NCBI RefSeq assembly: GCF_006345805.1
Contig: NC_043025.1
Coordinates: 14,136,001 to 14,200,000, forward strand
DNA: 64,000 nt
Reading direction: 5' to 3'
Source: Octopus sinensis
Lineage: Eukaryota
Part shown: one piece after another, positions 11,925 to 22,492 of the stretch
Numbering within the stretch: position 1 is the stretch's first letter
Layout of the letters: every line of letters starts with the position of its first letter
Position numbers and translations under genes: made by a program
Notes under the pieces: model-generated
Told to the model about the DNA's origin: nothing
Seen by the model: the letters and a program-made list of their open reading frames with translations, nothing else
The model's database searches: none

Positions 11925-12640
11925 CCACTACAAGCATTGTATCTTACCTCTTCCCTTTCCCCTCCCTGCCATTGCACCTTACCTCTTCCCCCTCCATACA
12001 GCCGTCCCCACATCCCTTTCACTATATCTTACCTCTTCCATCTCCCCTTCAAGCATTTGTCCTCCTCCTCCTCCCTGCCACTATATCTTACTGCTTTCTT
12101 CTCCACCTCCCTACCATTGGCTCTTAACTCTTCCCTCACCCTGTGGTCTTTCTCCACCTCCCTACCGTTATATCTTACCTTTTCCCTCTCCACCTCCATA
12201 ACCACTTTATCTTACCTCTTCCTGCAACCTTTCTCCACCTCCCTACTGTTGCTTCTTACCTCTCCCCCTACAGCCTTTCTCCACCTCCCTCTCATTTTAT
12301 CCTACCACTTTCCTCTTACTGTGACCTTTCTCCACCTCCTGTTGCTTCTTACCTCTTCTCTCTCCACCTCCCTACCATTGCTTTTTACCTCTCCCCCCAT
12401 CCCTGTAGCTTTTGCCCACCTCCCTACTATTGCATCTTACCTCTTCCCTCTCCCCTTGCAGCCTTCCTCCACCTCCCTACAGTTGCTTCTTACCTTTTTC
12501 CTCTCCCCTTACAGCCTTTCTCCACCTCCCTACCACTGTATCCTACCTCTTCCCTCTCCCCTTGCAGCCTTCCTCCACCTCCCTACAATTGCTTCTTACC
12601 TCTTCCCTCTCCGCACGGCCCTTCTCCACCTCCTTCAGGG
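11925..12640. repeat. Degenerate tandem repeat of about 53 bp overlapping the 3' end and donor site of exon 12600-12803
   Basis: Unit cttacctcttccctctcc...cttctccacctcc matches the exon end; at least 10 copies. Confidence 0.85.
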
Positions 12641-12803
12641 CAGACAGCAACTGGTCGTTCACCCCCACCCCTTCGCTCTTCACAGCTTCGCTTTCCGACC
12701 TCATCCGGCTGACCTCCGCCTGGAGGCTGGTCACTTCATCCGTTGCAGCCTCCTTCTCCGTCTCCAGCCGGCGTACTTGCTTCTCCAGCCTGTCCTTTTC
12801 AAA
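12600..12803 (-). CDS. CLIP1: CLIP1-like exon (FEKDRLEKQVRRLETEK...GRAEREE)
   Basis: Acceptor tctgttgtcattgcag, donor GAG|gtaaga, 204 nt, phase 0-0. Confidence 0.92.
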
Positions 12804-12979
12804 CTGCAATGACAACAGAAGACAAAACAACAGGGTCAGTATATAGGGGCTGGACAGCAACAGCAGACAGAGAGAGAGGAAGGGGGGTGAGGGGGAGGAG
12901 GGGGCATACAAACCGGACAATAGCAGATGGTCAGTAGGGAGTGGACACATGGAGTGTCATGTACTAAGCACCTGCAGGA

Positions 12980-13358
12980 GCACTCCGTCGGTTACGACGA
13001 CGAGGGTTCCGGTTGATCCGAATCAACGGAACAGCCTGCTCGTGAAATTAACGTGTAAGTGGCTGAGCACTCCACAGACACGTGTACCCTTAACGTAGTT
13101 CTCGGGGATATTCAGCATGACACAGAGAGTGACAAGGCCGGCCCCTTGAAATACAGGTACAACAGAAACAAGAAGTAAGAGTGAGAGAAAGTTGTGGTGA
13201 AAGAGTACAGCAGGGAACACCACCATCCCCTGCCAGAGCCTCGTGGAACTTTTAGGTGTTTTCGCTCAATAAACACTCACAACGCCCGGTCTGGGAATCG
13301 AAACCGCGATTCTATGACCGCGAGTCCGCTGCTCTAACCACTGGGCCATTGCGCCTCC
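12980..13358 (-). mobile_element. tRNA(Arg)-like SINE family C (others at 45562-45934 + and 61323-61617 +)
   Basis: GGAGGCGCAATGGCCCAGTGGTTAG..GACTCGCGG..TTCGATTCC head followed by a non-tRNA body. Confidence 0.8.
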
Positions 13359-14449
13359 ACCTGTACTAGTGCCACAAATAAAATGCCAGTGTCACATATG
13401 CAGCACCTGTGCTGGTGTCAATGTATAAAGCACTGGTGCTGGGGCCACATAAAACCCCTCCAGACCACTCTGTTAAGTGGTTGGCCTTAGGAAGGGCATC
13501 CAGCTGTAGAAGCCAAAGCAGAACAGACCTTCCAAGTGCTGGTGCCACATAAAAAGCACCCAATCCACTTTGTAGAGTGGTTGGCATTAGAAAGGGCATC
13601 CAGCCATAGAAACTGTGCTAAATGGAGGTTGGTGCAGCTCTCCAACCATGCCAGCTCCTGTTCAACCGTCCAGCCCAAACCAGCATGGGAAACAGACGTT
13701 AAATGATGATGATATATAGATATGACATTGCTAAGGCCGGTGCTATGTAAAAGGCACCCCATAAACTCTGTAAAGTGGTTGGCATTGTGAAGGGCATCCA
13801 GCCACAGGACCCATGCCAAACCAGACAACTGGAGCCTGGGGGCAGCTCTCCAACCATGCCACCTCCTGTTAAACCTATTTCTTTATTACCTACAAGGGGC
13901 CAAACATAGATAGGACAAACAAGGACAGACAAACGGATTAAGTCGATTACATCGACCCCAGTGTGTAACTGGTACTTAATTTATTGACCTCGAAAAGATC
14001 AAAGGCAAAGTCGACCTCGGCAGGATTTGAACTCACAACGTAACAACAGACGAAATACTGCTAAACATTTCGCCCGGCGCGCTAACGTTTCTGCCAGCCA
14101 TGCCATCTCCTGTTGAACCACCCAGCCCAAACCAGCATGGGAAACAGATGGTAAATGACGATGATATATAGATATGACATTGCTAAGGCCGGTGCTATGT
14201 AAAAGGCACCCCATATACTCTGTAAAGTGGTTGGCATTGTGAAGGGCATCCAGCCACAGGACCCATGCCGAAATAGACAACTGGAGCCTGGGGGCAGCTC
14301 TCCAACCATGCCACCTCCTGTTAAACCACCCAACCCAAACCAGAATGGAAAACGGACATTCAATGGTGATGACAACGAAGAAGAAGAACCATTTGTATTT
14401 ATAAATTGAGAAAGGCGTCCCAATGCCTGCCAAGGGGCCCAGGACTCAC

Positions 14450-14665
14450 CAAAAGTGTCTCCTTCTCGCTCTTGACCTCCTCCAGTTCGTTCTTCTGCTC
14501 CTGGTGTTGGCTCCTCACCTCCTCCAACAGGCCACTCTTCTCCTCCGCCGTCCTCCTCGTCTCACCCAACTCCCCGTCCTTCTTCACTATTAACTCCTCC
14601 ATCTCCTTGCCAAACTCCTCACTCTGCTTCGTCAATTTACTCTGCAATTTCTCTAATTCACTATT
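14450..14665 (-). CDS. CLIP1: CLIP1-like exon (NSELEKLQSK...VKSEKETLL)
   Basis: Acceptor ttttttgcag, donor TTG|gtgagt, 216 nt, phase 0-0, E/K-rich coiled coil. Confidence 0.92.
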
Positions 14666-15306
14666 CTGCAAAAAAAGAAAAGAAAAAAAGAACAGCCCGA
14701 AATGATTACAAGGACAATGACAACGACGATGATGATGATGATGATGATGATGGTAGGGGTGGTGGTGAAGGTAGTGGTTGTGGTGGTGATGGTTGTGGTT
14801 GTAGTTGCAGAGATGGTGGTGGTGATGGTAATGGTGGTTGTGGTAGTGGTGTTGTGGTGGTGATTGTGGTGGTGGTTGTGGTTGCGATGGTGGTAATGGT
14901 GGTGGTGATGGTAGTGATGGTTGTGGTGGTTGTGGTGGTGGTTGTGGTGATAGTGATGGTGGTTGTGGTGGTGGTTGTGGTGGTGGTTGTGGTGGTGATG
15001 GTGGTTGTGGTGGTGGTGTTAGTGATGGTGGTTGTGGTGGTGGTGGTGATGGTGGTGGTGGTTGTGGTGGTGATGGTGGTTGTGGTGGTGGTTGTGGTGG
15101 TAGTGATGGTGGTGATGGTGGTTGTGGTGGTGGTGGTAGTGATGGTGGTGGTGGTGATGGTGGTTGTGGTGTTGGTGATGGTTGTGCAAAACACCTCCAC
15201 AGAGGAACCGACACAGGCTTCAATAACAAATAAACCCTGACAGGTGAATCCTGACATGGTGAGGGATCACTGCATTATGTTACGATGTATCCTGAAGGAT
15301 TCTCAC

Positions 15307-15472
15307 CTTTTCTTCAAGTTCCGTTTGGAACCTGGTCTCCAATCCCTTCTGCTGGTTCGTCAAAGTCTCTCTGTCCTTATCCCTTTGCTCCTTCAACTGT
15401 TCAATTGTTTCGTTGAGTTTTCCAGTTCTTTGTGTAGAATTGGACAAGTCTGCTAGTAGTTCCTCGACCTTT
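15307..15472 (-). CDS. CLIP1: CLIP1-like exon (KVEELLADLSNSTQRTGKLNETIEQLKEQRDKDRETLTNQQKGLETRFQTELEEK)
   Basis: Acceptor tcggtctcttgcag, donor AAG|gtgaga, 166 nt, phase 2-0; AG|A completes Arg to give DRKVEEL (human ERDVEEL) across a 16.2-kb intron. Confidence 0.92.
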
Positions 15473-16166
15473 CTGCAAGAGACCGAAAGAAGAAGACCGA
15501 TGGTTGACGCTGAGAACGCAGAGGGAGAGACAGGAAGGAAGGAAAGAGGGGTAAATAGATAGGTAGATAGGTAGAGAGATAGACAGAGAGAAAAACAAGA
15601 GAGAAAGTGAGGAACTGGAAGAGGCAGAACCAAGAATTTTGTCTTCGGATCAGGAACAAACCACGATGGACAATTCAACAAATTAAAATGTGGCAAATTT
15701 CAAAAAAAATTTCTTTGGTTGTGTGGTAAGTAGCTTGCTAACCAAACACATGGTTCCGGGTTCAGTCCCACTGCGTGGCATCTTAGGCAAGTGTCTTCTG
15801 CTATAGCCTAGGGCCGACCAATGCCTTGTGAGTGGATTTGGTAGACGGAAACTGAAAGAAGCCCGTCATATATATATGTATATATATATGCGTGTGTGTG
15901 TCTGTGTTTGTCCCCCTAGCATTGATTGACAACCGATGCTGGTGTGTTTATGTCCCCGTTACTTAGCGGTTCGGCAAAAGAAGACCGATAGAATAAGTAC
16001 TGGGCTTACAAAAGAATAAGTCCCGGGGCCGATTTGATCGACTAAAGGCGGTGCTCCAGCATGGCCGCAGTCAAATGACTGAAACAAGTAAAAGAGTAAT
16101 TCATAAACAGTTGAATTCAAAGTAAATAAAACACAATAAATTGTGGATTGTATTAGGAAGGGGTGT

Positions 16167-16400
16167 GGAGGCACGTGGCTTAGTGGTTAGGGCGTCAGCA
16201 TCATGATCGTAAAATTGTGGTTTCGATTCCTGGACCGGGCGATGCGTTGTGTCCTTGAGCAAAACACTTCATTTCACGTTGCTCCAGTCCACTCAGCTGG
16301 CAAAAATGAGTAACGCTGCGATGCACTGGCGTCCCGTCCCACTGGGGAACACATACGCCATAGAAACCGGGAAACCGGGCCCATGAGCCTGGCTAGGCTT
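16167..16400 (+). mobile_element. tRNA-derived SINE family D with CORE/V-like central domain (others at 700-960, 5355-5620, 21440-21690, 29740-29960, 33170-33380)
   Basis: TGTGTCCTTGAGCAAAACACTT and GCGATG(C/G)ACTGGCGTCCCGTCC motifs in multiple copies. Confidence 0.7.
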
Positions 16401-16403
16401 TAA

Positions 16404-16623
16404 CCCTTTAGTGTTCAGATTACTCTGTCAAATGTAATACTTTTCCACTCAAATTGTTTTGAATTAATCATGCATTATCTTATAGCTTTGAAGTTTCAAT
16501 GATGTGATTGTTTATATTTAGAATGTCAATGTAGGTTAGGTGTGAGAGGCTGGATATGGCCAGTTTGAATATAAAATATGTGGAATATCTGGGCCAGATA
16601 TGGCCGGTTTAAACACTAAAGGG
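16404..16623. mobile_element. piggyBac-type MITE
   Basis: TTAA|CCCTTTAGTGTT ... AACACTAAAGGG|TGAA (12-bp TIR, one TSD base changed). Confidence 0.7.
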
Positions 16624-17379
16624 TGAAAAGGGCACATTTATTTATTATTAGGAAGGGCAGCCAGCTGGAGAAACCTTGCCGAAACAAGCAATTGGAGCAG
16701 AGCACAGCCCTCCAGCTCCCCCCCCCTGTCAAACCGTCCAACTCATACCAGTATAATGAATGGACATACGATGATGATGATGATGTAAAGCAGGGGTTCT
16801 CAAAGGGGGCAGTGGAAAGATCCGAGTGGTGGGGGGGGCGTTGAAGAAAAGTGGGATGATAAATGGGGTGGCCGAAATAGAGTGATAGACGTTAAAAAAA
16901 TATATACTGTTTTACTTGTTTCAGTCATTCGACTGTGGCCATGCTGGAACACTGCCTTTTAGTCGAGCAAATCGACCCCAGGACTTATTCTTTGTAAGCC
17001 TAGTACTTATTCTATCGGTCTCTTTTGCCGAACTGCTAAGTTACGGGGACGTAAACACACCAGCATCGGTTGTCAAGCGATGTGGGGGGGGGGGGGGCAA
17101 ACAGACAGACACACACACATATATATATGACGGGCTTCTTTCAGTTTCCGTCTACCAAATCCAACTTTTCGCATTTCAGAATTATAATATAGATATACAC
17201 ACACACATACTGTATATGCACGTACATATATACATATACACATGTACAGACGCACTTCTTATTCCTCTCTGTCTCTCTCTCTCTACACACACACATGTAT
17301 GTATATATGTACATACATATATGCATTTATACAGGTACACACGCACTTCTATCTGTCTGCCTGTCTCACCCTATACACA

Positions 17380-17900
17380 CCCACACACGCACGGACGAAA
17401 GAGAGAAAGGGAGGGAGGCAAGAAGAGAAGAGATAGAGAGAGAAAGGGAGGGAGGCAAGACAGGAGAGAGGCAAGAAGAGAGAGAGAGAAAGATACGGAC
17501 GAAAGAGAGAAAGGGAGGGAGGCAAGAATAGAAAGAGAACGAGAGAGAGAAAGGGGGGAGGCAAGACAGGAGAGAGAGAAAGATACGGACGAAAGAGAGA
17601 AAGGGAGGGAGGCAAGAAAGGAGAGAGTCAAGAAGAGAGAGAGAGAAAGATACGGACCAAAGAGAGAAAGGGAGGGAGGCAAGAATAGAAAGAGAAAGAG
17701 AGAGAGAGAAAGGGAGGGAGGCAAGAAGATAGAGAGAGAAAGATACGGACGAAAGAGAGACAGGGAGGGAGGCAAGAAAGGAGAGAGTCAAGAAGAGAGA
17801 GAGACACGGACGAAAGAGAGAAAGACGAAGTAGGAGGAGGACAAGTATAAAAAGAAAAGGCCAGATAGAGTGACAGAAAGAGCAAGAAAGAGAGGATGAG

Positions 17901-17930
<30 letters not shown>
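17380..17930. repeat. GA-rich compound repeat (aaagagagaaagggagggaggcaaga units; similar tract at 49440-49770)
   Basis: Polypurine tandem units. Confidence 0.85.
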
Positions 17931-17935
<5 letters not shown>

Positions 17936-18668
17936 CAGGGGGGGAGTAGAGCGGAAGTTTACATGACGTCATCGGTCGTCTGCCCAAACGCCGGTCGTTT
18001 TTAGAGACAACGAACGCTTCTTTCCCTTTTTAAAAAAAAAAAATCATTGATTTATTTATTTTTTGACCCCTACCAACTGCTCCCCCCCCCCCCAAAAGGG
18101 GCCGATGCTGTCGAAGGGCTTAATCCGACTTTAGGCAATTTCTAAAAAATTCTTTTGTAATCTATACTTATTGTAATCGAAAAAAAAAAAAAAATTCGAT
18201 GTAAATTTGGATTAATAAATAAATTATTATAATTAGACTGCGGCCATGCTGTGGCACCGCCTTGAAGGGTTTCTTAGACGAAAAAATCGTCTCCAGTGCT
18301 TATTCTATCGGTTTCTTTTGCCGAACCGCTAAGTTACTCGGACAACACACACCAGTTGTCAAGCCGTGTAGGGAAACTGACAGACAGACACACGTACACA
18401 CACGATGGGCTTCTTTCAGTTTCCCTCTACCAAATCCATTCGCAAGGCTTTGAGTCGGCCCGAGGGTACCACACAGTGGGATCGAACCTGGAACCGTGGG
18501 GTTGGGAAGCAAGCTGCTTACCACACAGCCACGCCTGTCTATGCAATTGTTCTACCCTTTTAAATTATAAGCTGAACTGAGAAATTTCGGTCGGACAGGG
18601 ATAATAAATTTACCAGAAAGGGTCGGGAATCTTGAATTTAAAAAAAAATTGCCACACTTTAAGAAAAG

Positions 18669-19441
18669 GGCAATCTTTCGTCTCTAGTAGACCTTTCCGC
18701 CGATTTCCATAAAAAAATTTTTTTTTTACATATGGGCTTGCGGGAACTTTTGAAGTAATGAGAGCGAAAGAGACTAAATGAAAGCGATTGTATGACGAGG
18801 GAAGTTCTTTTGAAGTTACCGAAGCATTGATGTACATGTGTGTGTGTGTGTGTGTTTGATGGGGTGTGGGAGACAGACAGTATGTTGTGTAAGTGAAGTG
18901 CTTCTGTTAGTGTGTGTGAAGAGACAGAGAGAGATAACTGAATTTTTTTACTCGGTGTATGTGTATATGTATGTATGCATGTATGTGTATATGTATGTAT
19001 GCATGTATGTGTATATGTATGTATATTACTTCAAAAGTTCCCGCAAGCCCATATGTAAAAAAAAAAATTTTTTTTACATATGGGCTTGCGGGAACTATTG
19101 AAGTAATGAGAGCGAAAGAGACTAAATGAAAGCGATTGTATGACGAGGGAAGTTCTTTTGAAGTTACCGAAGCATTGATGTACATGTGTGTGTGTGTGTG
19201 TGTTTGATGGGGTGTGGGAGACAGACAGTATGTTGTGTAAGTGAAGTGCTTCTGTTAGTGTGTGTGAAGAGACAGAGAGAGATAACTGAAATTTTTTACT
19301 CGGTGTATGTGTATATGTATGTATGCATGTATGTGTATATGTATGTATATTACTTCAAAAGTTCCCGCAAGCCCATATGTAAAAAAAAAAAATTTTTTTA
19401 CGGAAATCGACGGAAAGGTCTACTAGAGACGAAAGATCGCC
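18669..19441. mobile_element. Mutator/hAT-like MITE with long TIRs, 8-bp TSD and an internal dimerisation
   Basis: TIRs of about 90 bp start GGCAATCTTTCG and end CGAAAGATCGCC; TSD AAGAAAAG at 18661-18668 and 19442-19449; internal period 348 bp. Confidence 0.8.
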
Positions 19442-19626
19442 AAGAAAAGATCTGAAGACAAAAGGTTCTCACACACTCCATCCCAAAAATAAATAAAATA
19501 AACTGAATGAAAACAATTCAAAAACATTAAAGGCAAGGAACAAAACCATAAAAGAAACGAATAAAATATATTTTTTTATAGAAAAAGCAACAATTTGAAT
19601 GGGGAGAAAGAGAGAGAGAGAGAGAA

Positions 19627-19659
<33 letters not shown>

Positions 19660-22085
19660 AAGAAAGAGCGAGAGAGAGACACAGAAAGAAAGAAAGATAG
19701 AGAGAGAGAAGGGCGAGGAGGTCGCAATTTGAAGAAATCAAGGGGAGATAATTCACACAGAACATGTTGAGAATAAGTGAAAATACTCACCAATGACAGC
19801 TGCATAGAATTATATATAATTAACGGGGTTACACAGGTTTAAACACACCAGAACAACACACAACAATAAACAACAACAACAATAAACAACAACTGCAATA
19901 ACAAAAGAGCCCGGGGGTAGCTTCTGCAGGGAGGAAGTTGTACGGTTTTGCTAGAAAGTGCAGCAAAATCGCTCCACTCGCTCAGATTATAGATTTATAT
20001 ATACGCCACAAGTACCGGTCGAAGAGGAAGGCCTATATCTTTACTACCCTTCAAGGGGCTACTCACAGAGGGGAGAAACAAGGACAGACAAACGGATTAA
20101 GTTGATTATATCGACCCCAAATTCCGCCGAGTTCGACTTTGCCTTTCATCCTTTCGGGGTCGATAAATTAAGTACCAGTTACGCACTAGGGTCGATGTAA
20201 ACGACTTAATCCGTTTGTCTGTCCTTGTTTGTCCCCTCTGTGTTTAGCCCCTTGTGGGTAGTAAAGAAATAGGTAAGAAAAATATATCAACCCCAGTGCG
20301 TAACTGGTACTTATTCAATCGACCACGAAAGGATGAAAGGCAAAGTCGACCTCGGCGGAATTTGAACTCAGAACGTAGCGGCAGACGAAATACCGTTAAG
20401 CATTTCGCCCGGCGTGCTAACGATTCTGCCAGCTCGCCGCCTTCGAAGAGGAAGGCCACATCGATACAGTGCATATATATGTGTGTATGCTGTAGTCCTA
20501 TATGCAGTATGAAAAGAATTTGTAGGCGCAGGTTGTGAAGCCATCTAAAAAGTACTGGGCAAACCTATGGCCATAGGGTCTGCAAGAGCAATTCTGACCC
20601 GAGACAAAACAACATACATTATACAATATCAAGAATTCTGGACAGAATCGGGTACTTAAATGATATGCACCAGGGTGGGTTGGATTAAACTGTAAGCACC
20701 ACCTTTAGTCGAATAAACATACTGGGTACCGAAGTACATACAGTAGAATATTCAGGTTGTGTACAAAGAGAAAACCGCCCCTACGAGTATTTAGCGCCTA
20801 GGGACAGGTCCATAGCGCACTTTGTGTTGATCACACAGTGTTTGGTATATTTTAGGATGTCCGACGGGTCGTGGGTCGCTTTTGGTGTATTATAAGCAAA
20901 TAAACTCATAACAGGCGTATGCTATTCATTCATTTACATTCATGCAGACATTATGTATACACAGACATAAATATATACTATATACACATACAACTACATA
21001 ACATATATATATACACAAAAATATATACGTACATACACACAACAATTACCGTTCATATATCAAATATTAAAACAGTTATTAGTGAACAATTATCAACCCG
21101 AACGAAATACTTTTTAAGCTCTCTGTTAGTACGCCAAGCTAAGTATATTGTTTAGATTAGTGGAGAAATTCGCGTATTCTTGAGCCAGGGTCCGGGGTTA
21201 GTTCATTACCATTCTATATCGTAAATCCTTGGCTGTGTTCCAGTTAAACCGGTTTATGTATGTATGTATATATATCGGTCAGTAATTCATATATCTGAAA
21301 AGAAGCTGGCTCTAAAACCGCAGTAATATTTGGGTTGTTTGTTAAGGCCGGTCAGAGAGTGACCATCGATCTCAAAACCTAGAAAGCACTTGGCAGTTGG
21401 CCGTATAGGCGACTCATCCGCATCAACTGACCAGAGTCGTATGCACGGCTCAGTGGTTAGAGCGACGAGCTCACAATCATGCGGCAGTGGGTTCGATTTC
21501 CCGGACCGACGGGGCTGTGTGTTGCGTTCTTGAGCAAGACCCTTTATTTCACGTTGCTCCGGTTCACTCGTCTGAGGAAATGAGTTGCGACATCACAGGT
21601 GCCAAGCTCCATCGACCCCTTTGCCTTTACCCGTGGACAACATCAGTAGTGTGAAGAGGGGAGGCTGGTATGCATGGTCATTCATGACCGAAGGGTCTTT
21701 ATTGTTATATATATATATAATCTTTTACGCAGTCAGTGGATTGCGGCCATGCTGAAGCATCGCTTTGACGGGTTTCAGTCCAACAAATCGACTCAAGGAC
21801 CAAAGTATTTTTCAAGTCTCGTACTTTTACTTTCATCCCATCAGTCGCTTTTGCCAGTCTGTTCAGTCACGGGGCCATAAACAAACTAACACCGCTTGTC
21901 AAGCGGTGGACACATACACAAGTGCAAGCGCGGGCTATGGGCTTCCACAGATTCTGTCTACCAAATTCTTTCACAAGGAATTCGTCGGCCTCGGGTCACA
22001 GTGGGAGACACTTGCTCAAGGTGCCGTGCAGTGAGACTGAACCCATAACCCCGTGACTGCAAAATGATCACACAGCCATGCCAGC

Positions 22086-22118
<33 letters not shown>

Positions 22119-22120
<2 letters not shown>

Positions 22121-22492
22121 CGTAGGAGTGGCTGTGTGGTAAGTAGCTTGCTTACCACCCACATGGTTCTGGGATCAGTCCCACTTCCTGGCACCTTGGG
22201 CAAGTGTCTTCTATAGCCTTGTGAGTGGATTTGGTAGACGGAAACTTAAAGAAGCCCGTCGTATATATGTATATGTTTATATATATATGTGTGTGTGTGT
22301 CTGTGTTTGTCCTCCCAACATCGCTTGACAACCAATGCTGGTGTGTTTACGTCCTCGTAACTTAGCGGTTCAGCAAAACAGACCGATAGAATAAGTACTA
22401 GGCTTACAAAGAAAAAGTCATGGGGTCGATTTGCATGACTAAAAGGCGGTGCTCCAGCATGGCCGCAGTCAAATGACTGAAAAGAGTAAAAG
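22119..22492 (+). mobile_element. tRNA-derived SINE family B (representative; others at 1362-1600, 1955-2200, 15717-16098, 16905-17160, 18235-18535, 21720-22085, 26560-26895, 27710-27900, 44917-45304, 54295-54710, 57950-58330)
   Basis: GGCGTAGGAGTGGCTGTGTGGTAAG..GTTCAGTCCC head, internal (TA/TG)n, 3' GAAACAAGTAAAAGAGT-type tail. Confidence 0.85.

Noticed and set aside
11937-12812. 291-aa and 189-aa L/P/S-rich plus-strand ORFs
   Set aside because: They are the antisense reading of a CLIP1 exon plus the 53-bp purine repeat.
13290-13358. tRNA-Arg-like sequence (also 45562 and 61323)
   Set aside because: It lacks a complete acceptor stem and continues into a shared SINE body, so it is a SINE head and not a tRNA gene.
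16916-17833. 305-aa plus-strand ORF
   Set aside because: It is a chimera of SINE-B, (CA/TA)n and GA-rich repeat.
21075-21125. GTGAACA...GAAA resembling the G3-C8 variant
   Set aside because: No convincing helix I, II or III pairing.
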